Assembly: GCA_963681965.1 (NCBI GenBank)
Contig: OY820579.1
Span: forward strand, 3,840,001 to 3,904,000
Direction of reading: 5' to 3'
Length of the DNA stretch: 64,000 nucleotides
Source of the DNA: a bacterium
GTDB lineage: Bacteria; Electryoneota; JAOADG01
Part shown: positions 9,206-19,589 of the stretch, piece after piece
Numbering within the stretch: position 1 is the stretch's first letter
Layout: each line of letters opens with the position of its first letter
The notes under the pieces: generated by a model
What the model saw: the letters and a program-made list of their open reading frames with translations, nothing else
Told to the model about the DNA's origin: nothing
The model's database searches: none
Program-made: the position numbers and the translations under genes

Positions 9206-10455
9206 GGTTTCACCACCCCTTCGTTGGATAAGTCCGGTACGCGAACGAATATTGCGGGCAGCTTGTTGAATTCCAGCACGCGCAATACCCCCAGAATCAC
9301 TGACAACACGCCGGCAATTGCGACATCAAGAAGAACCGGTACTCCGCACAATCGCAGTACAACATATAAGACGATGACACCGATCATTTTCACTGAAAAG
9401 AGTTTAATTCTGCCGAACCAACCAAAGACGATGGTCGGTAACGTCGCCCCGCCAAGGATGATAAGATCGTAATAGGGAAACAAGTTGGTGGCGTGTTCGT
9501 GCGGCAATCGATCTTCCATGGCACTAAATATCATCACCGGGAGGAAGATTGCGAGATACAGCCAATACGGATTTCGCTCGTAAATCGCACGCACCGATTT
9601 CGCCAAACCTGCCGCTGAAAATTTACGATTCATGGCATAGCTGAACCACAGAGCGGTGGCAATCAGAATGACACCAAAACTAACTGTCGAAATCCAATCG
9701 ATGCTGGAGGTATAATTCGTGGGGATAAGTCGAATAAAAATGCTCACCATGATAAATTCAATCACTCCGGTCATCAGCGAATAGTTGCCCCACTCAATCT
9801 GCTCCCGGTCGATCGCGGCAATCTCTTCCGGTGAATAGTCGTGGTCAGTTTCACTACCCGCTACTTTCACGCGCGGATGTTTGCGCAGAAAGTCGATCAC
9901 CTTGTATCCGCCGGCAACTGCGAGTATCGCGCCGATACCCATGAAACCGATCACGAAGTTGATTTTGAATAGCACCAGGGAAATCCACCACAAGGTGTTC
10001 ACACCCGCCAGCAGATAATGCATTTTCGCGCGACGGAAAATAGCGGTACCCAGAAAAAATAAATTAGTCGGTACCGCAAATAGCAGCGCGATTCCGGCTT
10101 CGTCGTTCATCCACCGATCGAGCCAATCGCTGATCGCCATCATGCCGAACAAAAAAATGAAGTAACAGAATCCCGTTGCAAACAACTGGATAAAGCTTCT
10201 CGCGATAATACTTCCCAACAATTCAGAGCTATATTCGACCTGACCGACACGCGGTACGCGTACCAATTTGTGCCAGAGCACCGGCATCAACACCATCAGC
10301 AGCACAATCGCAACTTTCAAGTACAGATATCCTTCGACACTGAGCATCACGACCGTAAAGAACAGCAATATTCCGATTCCGATGGTGAGTTCGATATGTC
10401 CATTCGCGGAATAATCGCGGTAGATCTTCCACTCTTTTTCCAGTTCGGGTTTCAT
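9202..10455 (-). CDS. Polytopic membrane protein, paralog 2 of 4
   Basis: KEWKIYRDYSANGHIEL.IG.G, PRVGQVEYS, FLRKHP; 4-bp overlaps at both ends. Confidence 0.85.
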   Translation of the reverse strand: MKPELEKEWKIYRDYSANGHIELTIGIGILLFFTVVMLSVEGYLYLKVAIVLLMVLMPVLWHKLVRVPRVGQVEYSSELLGSIIARSFIQLFATGFCYFIFLFGMMAISDWLDRWMNDEAGIALLFAVPTNLFFLGTAIFRRAKMHYLLAGVNTLWWISLVLFKINFVIGFMGIGAILAVAGGYKVIDFLRKHPRVKVAGSETDHDYSPEEIAAIDREQIEWGNYSLMTGVIEFIMVSIFIRLIPTNYTSSIDWISTVSFGVILIATALWFSYAMNRKFSAAGLAKSVRAIYERNPYWLYLAIFLPVMIFSAMEDRLPHEHATNLFPYYDLIILGGATLPTIVFGWFGRIKLFSVKMIGVIVLYVVLRLCGVPVLLDVAIAGVLSVILGVLRVLEFNKLPAIFVRVPDLSNEGVVKP

Positions 10456-11696
10456 TGCACAGTTCCTTCCGCAGTTTGGATCGGTGGTTCAAGTTGCAGC
10501 GGTTTTCGGATAAATCGGGTGGCACGGTAGATGCCCAACGTTAGCGGATAGATTGCGGTAATCCATGCCACTGTCGGCTGCGGCAGCGGCGTGACGCGCA
10601 GAATCAGATAGAGCACGACCGAACCGAGTAAGAGTGGAGAGAAGCGTACTACACGCTCGAAATAATTGATTGCAGTCTGGACGATCGCACAATAACCGAT
10701 CACGATCAAATCGAAATATGTGTGAAATTGCATCGATGAACCAGACAAGCTGTTGTGCGGCTGATTCATCAGGAGAATCAAAGGAAACATCAATACCATA
10801 TTGAACAGCGGCGAAGTATTTCTCTTCTCAACTGCGCGAGCGATGTGCAATTGCTCGGTATTCATTCGAAAATATGTCGCCCACGATTTCCATCCGAACG
10901 GGAGAAGCAGCGACCAGATCAACATCCAGAATAGGGGTAGATCGAAGCTTCCGAGCAGAAGCGGGATCAAACAATAACCGCAAGCGATCAAAAACTCTTC
11001 GGCACCGGTGGCGAGGTAATGACGATAGATTGCTTGCTCATATTCCGTTCTGGCAGTGAATGCTTGATCGACTGACGGCGACACCGGTTCCTGCACTGCT
11101 GCCGGATGCTTCGGGTAGCGCCGGAAAAACAGGATCACCAGCGTTCCGCCGATTGTAGTCAATAGCACACCCAGCGCGGCAAAGACCCAGAGCTGATCGA
11201 GATTCCATTGCAACACAGTCCACCACACGATGACATTGACGGCGGCAATGACGTAGTGACGTTTCACCTGAGTGACGAAAGCACCTCCGAGCATGACGAA
11301 GGTGAAAATCAAACCGAGGAAGATGGTCATCACCGGTTCGGTCCCGGCAAACCAGTGTGGAATACGATCGCGAAGTTGATGGAGTACGATCACTGTCAGC
11401 ACGACAGTTCCGACGAAACCGGCAATTGCCCACCAGAGTCGTCGGTAGAGTTGATGGATGAGTGCAGGATGAAATTCGACATGACCTCGACGCGGCATCA
11501 CGACGATGCGGTGCCAGAGCAGCGCCGGAATGGCAATCAGACCGAGCACGATCATCAGAATTTCCATTTCACAATGCCAATATCCACCGATCGCGCATGC
11601 CATCATTCCGATGCCGATGAACAATTCGAGATGCCCGTCATTACGATATTCGCGGAAAGTATTCCATTCTTTCGATGTGCATTGCAGGTTGTCCAT
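10452..11696 (-). CDS. Polytopic membrane protein, paralog 1 of 4
   Basis: KEWNTFREYRNDGHLELFIGIG, PRRGHVEF, FFRRYPK; GGAG RBS upstream. Confidence 0.85.
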   Translation of the reverse strand: MDNLQCTSKEWNTFREYRNDGHLELFIGIGMMACAIGGYWHCEMEILMIVLGLIAIPALLWHRIVVMPRRGHVEFHPALIHQLYRRLWWAIAGFVGTVVLTVIVLHQLRDRIPHWFAGTEPVMTIFLGLIFTFVMLGGAFVTQVKRHYVIAAVNVIVWWTVLQWNLDQLWVFAALGVLLTTIGGTLVILFFRRYPKHPAAVQEPVSPSVDQAFTARTEYEQAIYRHYLATGAEEFLIACGYCLIPLLLGSFDLPLFWMLIWSLLLPFGWKSWATYFRMNTEQLHIARAVEKRNTSPLFNMVLMFPLILLMNQPHNSLSGSSMQFHTYFDLIVIGYCAIVQTAINYFERVVRFSPLLLGSVVLYLILRVTPLPQPTVAWITAIYPLTLGIYRATRFIRKPLQLEPPIQTAEGTVQ

Positions 11697-11712
11697 TTTA
11701 TCTCCGCAGATT

Positions 11713-11769
11713 AGTCTGTGCTACAAACCATTCTGTAAAGAATCTACTCGATCGCAAGTATTTTGTCAA
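11713..11769 (-). promoter_or_regulatory. sigma70-type promoter plus downstream imperfect palindrome (candidate operator)
   Basis: Minus strand TTGACA (11769-11764)-17 bp-TAGATT (11746-11741); GGTTTG-N5-CAGACT at 11713-11729, between the predicted TSS and the RBS. Confidence 0.65.
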
Positions 11770-11821
11770 GCACAATTGCTCTCATTTGTTAATTATTTAG
11801 TATTATAGCTGTTACAGAGAG

Positions 11822-12480
11822 CGGGTGGTAGGTGATGGGTCGTGGGTGATGGGTAATGGGTGGTAGGTGGTAGGTATTGGGTGGTGGGTTGGAAGGTAAA
11901 AAGAAGGTAGCTGCGGACTAAAAAAAGAGTCCGCGTATTTGTCCAATGTAGCCGCAGGCTTATGGATTTTAACTATTTATCTTTACATCTTTGGTAGGGG
12001 CGGTTCGCGAACCGCCCGTGTCTGGTGCATTAGCTAAAGTAGGGGCTTATGGCAACCGTGAAGCTCTCACTGAACGTACTACACCCGCATCTTTTGATTC
12101 AAAGTTTCAATCTTTGAATTCTTCCAATTCAACTGTTTCGGGCGGACGCGTAAGAACGCCCCTACCAAAAACACACTGATTTATCGATTCGGTCTTCAAT
12201 CCGCAATTCTTGAAAATGAAACAGAGAATGGAATAAAGTCCAACGCTACAGCGATGTTAATCTATTTAGTTAAAAGCCATTAGACTGCGATTGTTTTGTA
12301 GTACTGCCCAACTCCGATTGGGCATTGATTCATTTTTTTTTCGTGCAGTTCAATGATAAAACAGATACAAGAAATGGTCAGAACAAGTTCTGACCTACTG
12401 AAAAGATGGGTAGTAGGGAATAGGTATTGGGTGTTGGGAAAAGATAAAAAAGAATGCCGATTCGGAGATCGACAATACTG
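11822..12480. repeat. G-rich heptamer tandem repeat plus composite REP element
   Basis: About 10 GGTNNTR heptamers at 11822-11892; nested inverted REP pairs at 11948-12290; further REPs to 12480. Confidence 0.8.
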
Positions 12481-12631
12481 TTCTTAACCAAGCACTAGTA
12501 TTCCATTGTGGACAATCGGTGGATAACTCGCGATCTTTATGTCGCCTTTAGGAGTCAGCCAAATTTCACCATTTTCGCGAACGAAATAACAATCACTAAC
12601 GATAAGAAAATGCAATGGTAAAAGATTTTAC

Positions 12632-12660
12632 TTGACTTTTGCCTAAAAATGTATTATATT
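12632..12660 (+). promoter_or_regulatory. sigma70-type promoter upstream of the ssb-like gene
   Basis: TTGACT-17 bp-TATATT. Confidence 0.6.
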
Positions 12661-12860
12661 ATATACATGATAGGGTGTAGGTATTGGGTGGTAGGTGGTG
12701 GGGAAAAGAAATAAATGATCATGACTTCCCGCTTAACAGTGAATCCCCTTCTTCAAACATTACCAATCTGCCAACTCCGTCGCTTGCTGCTACAATCTCT
12801 GACCGACAAAGACTCTTTTATAAAAAATCTCACCGCATCATCCTCGAAAGGAATCCAACC

Positions 12861-13199
12861 ATGCCCGATATCAATGAATGGTGGCTGCAAGGTCGCATCG
12901 GCGCGATCTCGCCACTTCAATCCGGCGCCGAAACCAGCTACTGTAAAGTCTCACTCGCCACCTCGACCCGTCACGACAACGAAGGAAAACCGACCGACGA
13001 ATGGCACGACCTGCTGCTGTTCCGCCGCTTGGCGGAAAAATTTCACACCCACGCACAAATCGGTCAAACCGTCCGCTTCAAAGGATATCTCCACCGCTAC
13101 CAGCGCAAGCATCCCGCCCGTACAACCGAACAACAACTGATCGTCACCTGGTTCGCCTTCGATACCACCAAACGGAGTGAAACCGACCCTGCAGGATGA
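12861..13199 (+). CDS. Short single-stranded DNA-binding (SSB/PriB-like OB-fold) protein, 112 aa
   Basis: N...L.GRIG, ..SLATS, EWH.L.LF.RLAE......IG..V..KG.L; AAGGA RBS before ATG 12861. Confidence 0.75.
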   Translation: MPDINEWWLQGRIGAISPLQSGAETSYCKVSLATSTRHDNEGKPTDEWHDLLLFRRLAEKFHTHAQIGQTVRFKGYLHRYQRKHPARTTEQQLIVTWFAFDTTKRSETDPAG

Positions 13200-13334
13200 C
13201 CTCGCCTCCGCCACACGGTCAATTCCCCCGACCGCTGCAACTTTCTTTCGAAAATTGTCGTTACGAGTTCTTTTTGAAAACGAATTGAGTTATTTTACGA
13301 AACGACTCAACTTCACCTTCTATCCGGAGCACCG

Positions 13335-15713
13335 ATGATCCACTCTCGCCACGTTCGTACCGGTTTCTTACTGATCGCATCGATCTCATGCTGGCTGCTG
13401 TTCGCTAGTTGTCGCGATGCCGATACTACAGCACCCACTTCGAATGGTGGACCTGTAGTAACACTGCAACAGATCACCGGCATTTGGATTCACATCGCAA
13501 CCGCCATCGCACCTAACAACGGAGCGACGACCACCAATCTGCTAGAGACCTTCGAGTATCTGACTATCGCATCCGATCGCTGCACTTTTTCGACCGGTTC
13601 ATACAATGACTACTACCCCATCGGGAAAACGCGGTGGCTTTACAACAACCTTTTTATCTTCAATTTCAGTAATTACTATCCATCGTTCAGCCATAGCGAT
13701 TCGATGTACATGTCGGTACAACTTACTGGCAATGTAATGCGCACGGAGTGGACTCCGATCGGTCAATCGACGAACACCAAGTACGCCGATCTCTGGATTC
13801 GGTCAAATGCCCTTGACCAAATCATTCTAGGTGTAACCCGATCGAGTAATTATTCGGCTCTTTCCAATCGATCGATCTACAATTTCAGCAGCGGTTACAA
13901 CGACAGTGTCGCAACCTCCGACCAATACGGGTTCTTTTCGATCCAGACGCTTCAATCGTATCCCGACGTCGGCATCATTAACGGCAGTTCCAGACGTCAC
14001 GGGGTATACCGGTCGATAAGCAGCATTAATTCATGCAGATTGATCGATATCGCAATCAATACCGGATCGATCGTCGGAACGATTTCTCCGGTATACTCGA
14101 AGTTCGGACGATCGGTAACCATATCCACGATACCCAAGACCGATTCGATCACCTTATCGCGGAATGAGACACAATCGGGAAATTATCAATTACTCAATAT
14201 TCCCTCGGGATCATTCGAAGTCGTGGTTTCGGGTTTCGGTTTCGAAACGAATCGACAAGCGGTGACCTTGCCCGACAATCAAACCGATACCGTCAATTTT
14301 ACGATGCGCCCGTCTCCTTACGGTGCACTGAAAATCGTAGCGACCGATTCCCTTTCCGGTAACGGAATCCACTTGCAGAACGTCGATATGCACTTTGCGA
14401 TCGGTTCGAATTATGTCAGCTTGTACAATACCGACAGTATCGCTTATGTCGATTCGATTCCCAGCGGCACGCTACAAATTAATGCGTACACTTCCGGGTA
14501 TAATTCGAAGACTTACTCTGCAACAATTCTCGCCGGAGATACCACCACTTTAAATGTTATTCTGAATCACTCCTATTGCAGATTGACTGGTGTGCTCAAC
14601 GATGAGTTAACCGATCAACCGGTTGCCAGCGCCCGCGTTGTTCTTCTCGGAACAAGCGATTCAACGGATACCGATAGCGACGGCAACTTTCAGTTCGATC
14701 GCGTAGAAACCGGAGAGCGATTTCTTCGAGTCGAAAAAGCTGGGTACGTGACGGATTCGATTCTGATTAATTGTTATGGTAATGGTACTTATCACATAAC
14801 GGCAACGATCAATCCACTGATCTGTTTCGATCGGGCAGCGCTGCAAGGACACAGCGATCAAGTCAACTGTGTTGCCTTCAACCGGCAGAGTACGATGTTG
14901 GCAAGTGGCAGCGACGATAATCGAATTTTGATCTGGTCGACGTCCACTCATGCACTGTTGCAAACAATCGCTAGCGATGCATACGAAGTCACCTGTTTAT
15001 CATTCACCGCCGATGGCAACTTCCTTGCCGCGGGAACCTGGAACGGCAGTGTGAAATTATGGCGCGTGTCCGACGGTGCCTTGATTCGGACTTTCCCGCA
15101 GCAACCGTCGCGGATCACCGATCTGGCAATCGATCCGACCGATACTCGACTCGCAGTGGTTGCCTATACTTCCGATTCGCTCAAGTTTTACCGTCTTGCC
15201 GATGGGACACTTGATCGGGCAGTTCACTCCGAATCGAATTTGCATTCGGTCCAATTCAATCCTTCCGGCACCCGCGTGATCTGCACCTCGAATACGACCG
15301 TTCCGATCTTTCGGGTCGACGACGGATCGAATTATTACACGTTCTCGGATCTATATCCGATAGCTGCTACCTACTCGACATCGGGTACAAAATTGGCAAT
15401 TGCATCCAATACCGATCATCGAATCAAGATTTATCGCAGCATCGATCTTACTTCATTGAATACGATTTCACTTTCCTCAAATCAATTGCTCGCGTATAAA
15501 GCATTGACGTTCCATCCCAATGGTAAAGTGATTGGCGCGATCAGCGAAGGGTCGTTATTGTTCTGGGAGTGTTCCGATAATTCTGCGTTGTACCAGACGG
15601 TTGAATCCGGCAGCAACGGTCTGACCTCACTCGCTATCAGTCCCGATGGCGGGTATGTCGCAGCAGGTGGCAGTGACAACTCGGTCTGGATCTGGAAGAG
15701 TCACGGAGAATAG
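13335..15713 (+). CDS. Lipoprotein with carboxypeptidase-regulatory-like Ig domains and C-terminal WD40 propeller
   Basis: Lipobox LFASC; TDSDGNF.F / V.K.GY repeats; GHSDQVNCVAFN...LASGSDDN.I.IW and further WD repeats. Confidence 0.85.
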   Translation: MIHSRHVRTGFLLIASISCWLLFASCRDADTTAPTSNGGPVVTLQQITGIWIHIATAIAPNNGATTTNLLETFEYLTIASDRCTFSTGSYNDYYPIGKTRWLYNNLFIFNFSNYYPSFSHSDSMYMSVQLTGNVMRTEWTPIGQSTNTKYADLWIRSNALDQIILGVTRSSNYSALSNRSIYNFSSGYNDSVATSDQYGFFSIQTLQSYPDVGIINGSSRRHGVYRSISSINSCRLIDIAINTGSIVGTISPVYSKFGRSVTISTIPKTDSITLSRNETQSGNYQLLNIPSGSFEVVVSGFGFETNRQAVTLPDNQTDTVNFTMRPSPYGALKIVATDSLSGNGIHLQNVDMHFAIGSNYVSLYNTDSIAYVDSIPSGTLQINAYTSGYNSKTYSATILAGDTTTLNVILNHSYCRLTGVLNDELTDQPVASARVVLLGTSDSTDTDSDGNFQFDRVETGERFLRVEKAGYVTDSILINCYGNGTYHITATINPLICFDRAALQGHSDQVNCVAFNRQSTMLASGSDDNRILIWSTSTHALLQTIASDAYEVTCLSFTADGNFLAAGTWNGSVKLWRVSDGALIRTFPQQPSRITDLAIDPTDTRLAVVAYTSDSLKFYRLADGTLDRAVHSESNLHSVQFNPSGTRVICTSNTTVPIFRVDDGSNYYTFSDLYPIAATYSTSGTKLAIASNTDHRIKIYRSIDLTSLNTISLSSNQLLAYKALTFHPNGKVIGAISEGSLLFWECSDNSALYQTVESGSNGLTSLAISPDGGYVAAGGSDNSVWIWKSHGE

Positions 15714-15759
15714 TACCGGGTAATTTTTTTGAAGATCGGTCGCATCGAACTAATTTTTT

Positions 15760-16254
15760 GTAGGTCAGAACTTGTTCTGACCACCGTTCGCGACAAGAAT
15801 AGAATAGATGGACGCAGGCTATTAGATGGGTAGTAGATAGTAGGTGGTAGGTGGTAGGAAAACGATGGGTAGCGGCGGACTTCAGTCCGCTAATATTTAA
15901 ATTTTTTTGAAGACGCAGGCTGATGGCTTTTAATTATTTATCTATACATCTTTGGTAGGGGCGGTTCGCGAACCGCCCGTGTCTGGTGCATTAGCCACAG
16001 TAGGACTAATGGCAACCGCGAAGCGCTCAGAGAAGGTAAAATGCCCGCATCGTTTGATTCAATTTTTCAATCTTCGTATGCTGCCAATTCAACTGTTACG
16101 GGCGGTTCGCGAACCGCCCCTACCATAAACACACTGACTTGCCTTTCGGTCTTCTATCTGCAATTCTTGAAAAATGAAACAGAGAATGGACTAAAGTCCA
16201 ACGTTACATCGAAGTTAATCTATTTAGTTGTAAAGCCATAAGCCTGCGGCTACA
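15760..16254. repeat. REP cluster containing the second copy of the ~340-bp composite element
   Basis: 15914-16254 aligns by eye along its length with 11948-12290. Confidence 0.8.
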
Positions 16255-16333
16255 AAGGATGTAGAAACAGGATCTGGACGAAGATCACAGCGACAACATG
16301 AACAATTCAATTCGATCTTAGAGCGGAGCAACC

Positions 16334-18709
16334 ATGATCGTGCGAAATCGCTTCAACTATCTGATACCGATCCTAACCGTGGTGGTTATGCTGCTTTGTG
16401 TCAGTGGTTGTATGAAGGACGACACCGACACCGTCAGCACCCCCATTACCCCGGTTGTTCCCGCGCAATTGCGCGGAACTTGGTTGCACGTTGCAACCGC
16501 CACAATGTCGATGAACACCGTCGTCAGTTGCAGTCTTATCGCCACCACCGGCATGATGCAAATCTATGGTAATCTGTCGATATACGCTTCGAAGAGCAAT
16601 GAATTCGCCATGAATGGGATTTACGGCTCTGGCTATTTACGTTACATCTCGGGTAACCGTTATCTCGCATTCTTCTATACTCGCAGCAATTCGAGGCGAT
16701 CTGGTTCCCGACTCGACACACTGCAACTGGAAGTCCAACTTGACGGCGATATCCTCCGGACGATCTGGAGCTATCCGTTGCAGCACAGCCTCAATACCAA
16801 CTCTTATGTCGATCTCTGGATCAATAACAGTACTTCCTCCAGTTACATTGCCGGCGTAACACGATTCGGCAACGGCTCGCCCCTCGCCAATCTTCCGATC
16901 TTAGGCGATCGCGGCAGCGGTTACGATAGTATCGCACAGTCGGATCGCTACGGTTTTTTTACACTCTCGAACAGCGCTCAAATCGTGGGCGTGAAAACCA
17001 ATCGGTCCGGCGAAGAACGAGTGGGTACTTTCCTGCCATCGCAACAAAATCTTGTCCGGCTGAGCGAAATTGTTTACCACGGCGGTTCGCTTACCGGCAA
17101 GATCACACCGGGATATGTTCTTTTCTATACTCAGCAGGCGAAACTCACCATTTCTCCGACTAACAGAACCGTGTATGCCGATACCTCCGGAAATTTTTTC
17201 TTACGGAACCTTCAGAATCGCGATTATTCACTCAAGATCACTCAGTTCGGATGCCGCGATACAGTCATACCTATTACGATCTCGGACAATCGGATCGATA
17301 CGATGAATATTTCGCTTACAAGGATACCGGTTGGCAGTTTGCGGATATCGGTCGTCAACGATATCGGTACTCCGCTAACCCATATCGATCTCGAAATTGT
17401 CTCGTATTACCCATATTTCTACAATGCCGATAGCGTACTTCAAGTCGATTCACTCCCGATCGGACGATATTCGATTCGTGTGGGTGTCCCCGGTTTTCCA
17501 ATCTACTCCGATTCGGTAACAATCAACGGCAACGCGACCACTTCACTGACTATTCGAAAGCCACGTCAATACACGAAAGTTATCGGAGAAGTTACCGACT
17601 GGCTGACGGACCAGCCGATCCCGAATGTTCTGGTAACCAGTACCGGAACAAATCAGCGAACATTTACCGATACTGACGGTCAGTACATTCTGGACAACGT
17701 CTTGACCGGTTCGCAAAGTTTCTTCTTTTCAAAGAATGGCAGTTACTCTTCCGATACCGTTAGTCAAATGGTCTGGGGCAATAACTCGAATACTCAACTT
17801 AATGTTCAACTAAAGCCGCAGCTAGTTGGTGGAATGACGATGCTGTCGGGACACACCGATCTGGTAACTGACGTCAAGTATAGCCACTCCGGCTCGATGC
17901 TGGCGAGCAGCAGTAACGACGGCACGGTCAAACTTTGGTCGACTTATAGTGGTGCATTATTGCGCACGCTTCCGGCAAACGGGCACGAAGTCACTTGTGT
18001 TGCTTTCAGTGCCACCGATAAGTACGTCGCAGCCGGAACGTGGGACGATAGTGTCCGGATCTGGCGGACGTCAGATGGCGAATTGGTGCATACCATTCTG
18101 ATGAGAACGAATTCACTGGCATTCAATCCGAATGGATCGCAACTGATTTTGGTCAACGATCGAGGTATTTCTGCGCGGCGTACCGATGATTGGTCTGAAT
18201 ACTATAGCATCGATTTCTACGATAATTTACCGGTTTGTTTCAATCCTTCCGGTTCGCAGTTTCTCAGTCCACACGATCATCAATTATCGATATTTAACAG
18301 CAGCGATATGAGTTACTATTCATTCGGTAATTACTGGCATAATCCTACAGCCGCCGGTTTCAATAGTACCGGATCGTTGGTTGGCGTCATCTACGACCAA
18401 ATTCTAAGAATATATATTTATGGTAATGAGTCAGAGTATCAAGAAATTCATTATCCATATTCGGATGAATTTTCGATCACGGCAATGTCGTTTTTCCCCA
18501 ATGTCGATCTGGTTGCAAGCACTACCAGTACCGGGAAAATACTCTTCTGGGATGTGATCCATAATTGGGATGAGATCCATAATAATATCTATCAATCGCT
18601 CAATACCGATACGGATTGCCTGACATCGCTCGCGATCAGTCCTACCGGTCATCAAATGGCTGCGTGCGGAGCAGACAATCGGATTCGGATCTGGCAGTGT
18701 TTCCCATAG
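16334..18709 (+). CDS. Paralogous WD40 lipoprotein
   Basis: Lipobox VSGC; colinear with 13335-15713 (G.W.H.ATA, Y.DLWI, GVTR, SD.YGFF, LTDQP, AAGTW, LTSLAISP). Confidence 0.85.
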   Translation: MIVRNRFNYLIPILTVVVMLLCVSGCMKDDTDTVSTPITPVVPAQLRGTWLHVATATMSMNTVVSCSLIATTGMMQIYGNLSIYASKSNEFAMNGIYGSGYLRYISGNRYLAFFYTRSNSRRSGSRLDTLQLEVQLDGDILRTIWSYPLQHSLNTNSYVDLWINNSTSSSYIAGVTRFGNGSPLANLPILGDRGSGYDSIAQSDRYGFFTLSNSAQIVGVKTNRSGEERVGTFLPSQQNLVRLSEIVYHGGSLTGKITPGYVLFYTQQAKLTISPTNRTVYADTSGNFFLRNLQNRDYSLKITQFGCRDTVIPITISDNRIDTMNISLTRIPVGSLRISVVNDIGTPLTHIDLEIVSYYPYFYNADSVLQVDSLPIGRYSIRVGVPGFPIYSDSVTINGNATTSLTIRKPRQYTKVIGEVTDWLTDQPIPNVLVTSTGTNQRTFTDTDGQYILDNVLTGSQSFFFSKNGSYSSDTVSQMVWGNNSNTQLNVQLKPQLVGGMTMLSGHTDLVTDVKYSHSGSMLASSSNDGTVKLWSTYSGALLRTLPANGHEVTCVAFSATDKYVAAGTWDDSVRIWRTSDGELVHTILMRTNSLAFNPNGSQLILVNDRGISARRTDDWSEYYSIDFYDNLPVCFNPSGSQFLSPHDHQLSIFNSSDMSYYSFGNYWHNPTAAGFNSTGSLVGVIYDQILRIYIYGNESEYQEIHYPYSDEFSITAMSFFPNVDLVASTTSTGKILFWDVIHNWDEIHNNIYQSLNTDTDCLTSLAISPTGHQMAACGADNRIRIWQCFP

Positions 18710-18729
18710 ATTTTTGTGGATAGATGGAG

Positions 18730-19565
18730 TTCGGTAGTACTGCGGTTTTAAAACGGCGAGCATCTTCTTTTCCGTAGGTCAGAACTTGTTCTGACCATTT
18801 CTAGTATCTGTTTTTTTATCTTTTCCTAACACCCAATACCTACCCCCAACTCACTTACAATGCGTCAGGCGCTGCCTGCCGCTTGGGGTGTATGCGATAC
18901 GCCCCTACGGAAAAAATGCAGACTCGGAAATTTGCGACTCACTTCTTTTCCGTAGGTCAGAACTTGTTCTGACCACCTCCTGTGTCTTGTCTTTGGTGGC
19001 GCAGGCCTCCGAGCCTGCGATTCTCTTCTTTTCCGTAGGTCAGAACTTGTTCTGACCACCTCCTGTGTCTTGTCTTTGGTGGCGCAGGCCTCCGAGCCTG
19101 CGATTCGCTTCTTTTCCGTAGGTCAGAACTTGTTCTGACCATTTCTGGTATCTGTTTTTTTATCTTTTCCTAACACCCAATACCTACCCCCAACTCACTT
19201 ACAATGCGTCAGGCGCTGCCTGCCGCTTGGGGCGTATGCGATACGCCCCTACGGAAAAGATGCAGACTCGGAAATTTGCGACTCACTTCTTTTCCGTAGG
19301 TCAGAACTTGTTCTGACCATTTCTAGTATCTGATTTTTTATCTTTTCGCACCACCCAACCCCTACTCTCCATCTTCCATACACGGCGTCAGGCGCTGCCT
19401 GCCGCTTGGGCGTGCCATACGCCCCTACTGTGGCTGAAGCACCAGACACGGGCGGTTCGCGAACCGCCCCTACCTTATGATACAAGATTCAAGAAGAAAA
19501 AAACGCAGGCTAATGCCTGCGGCTACAAAGAAAACAGGAAGCGGACTAAAGTCCGCCGCTACCAA
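18730..19565. repeat. Mosaic REP cluster with internal tandem duplications
   Basis: Five GTAGGTCAGAACTTGTTCTGACC copies; ~18770-18960 is repeated at ~19115-19320. Confidence 0.85.
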
Positions 19566-19589
19566 TAAAACCCAGAGATCATTCCCGAC

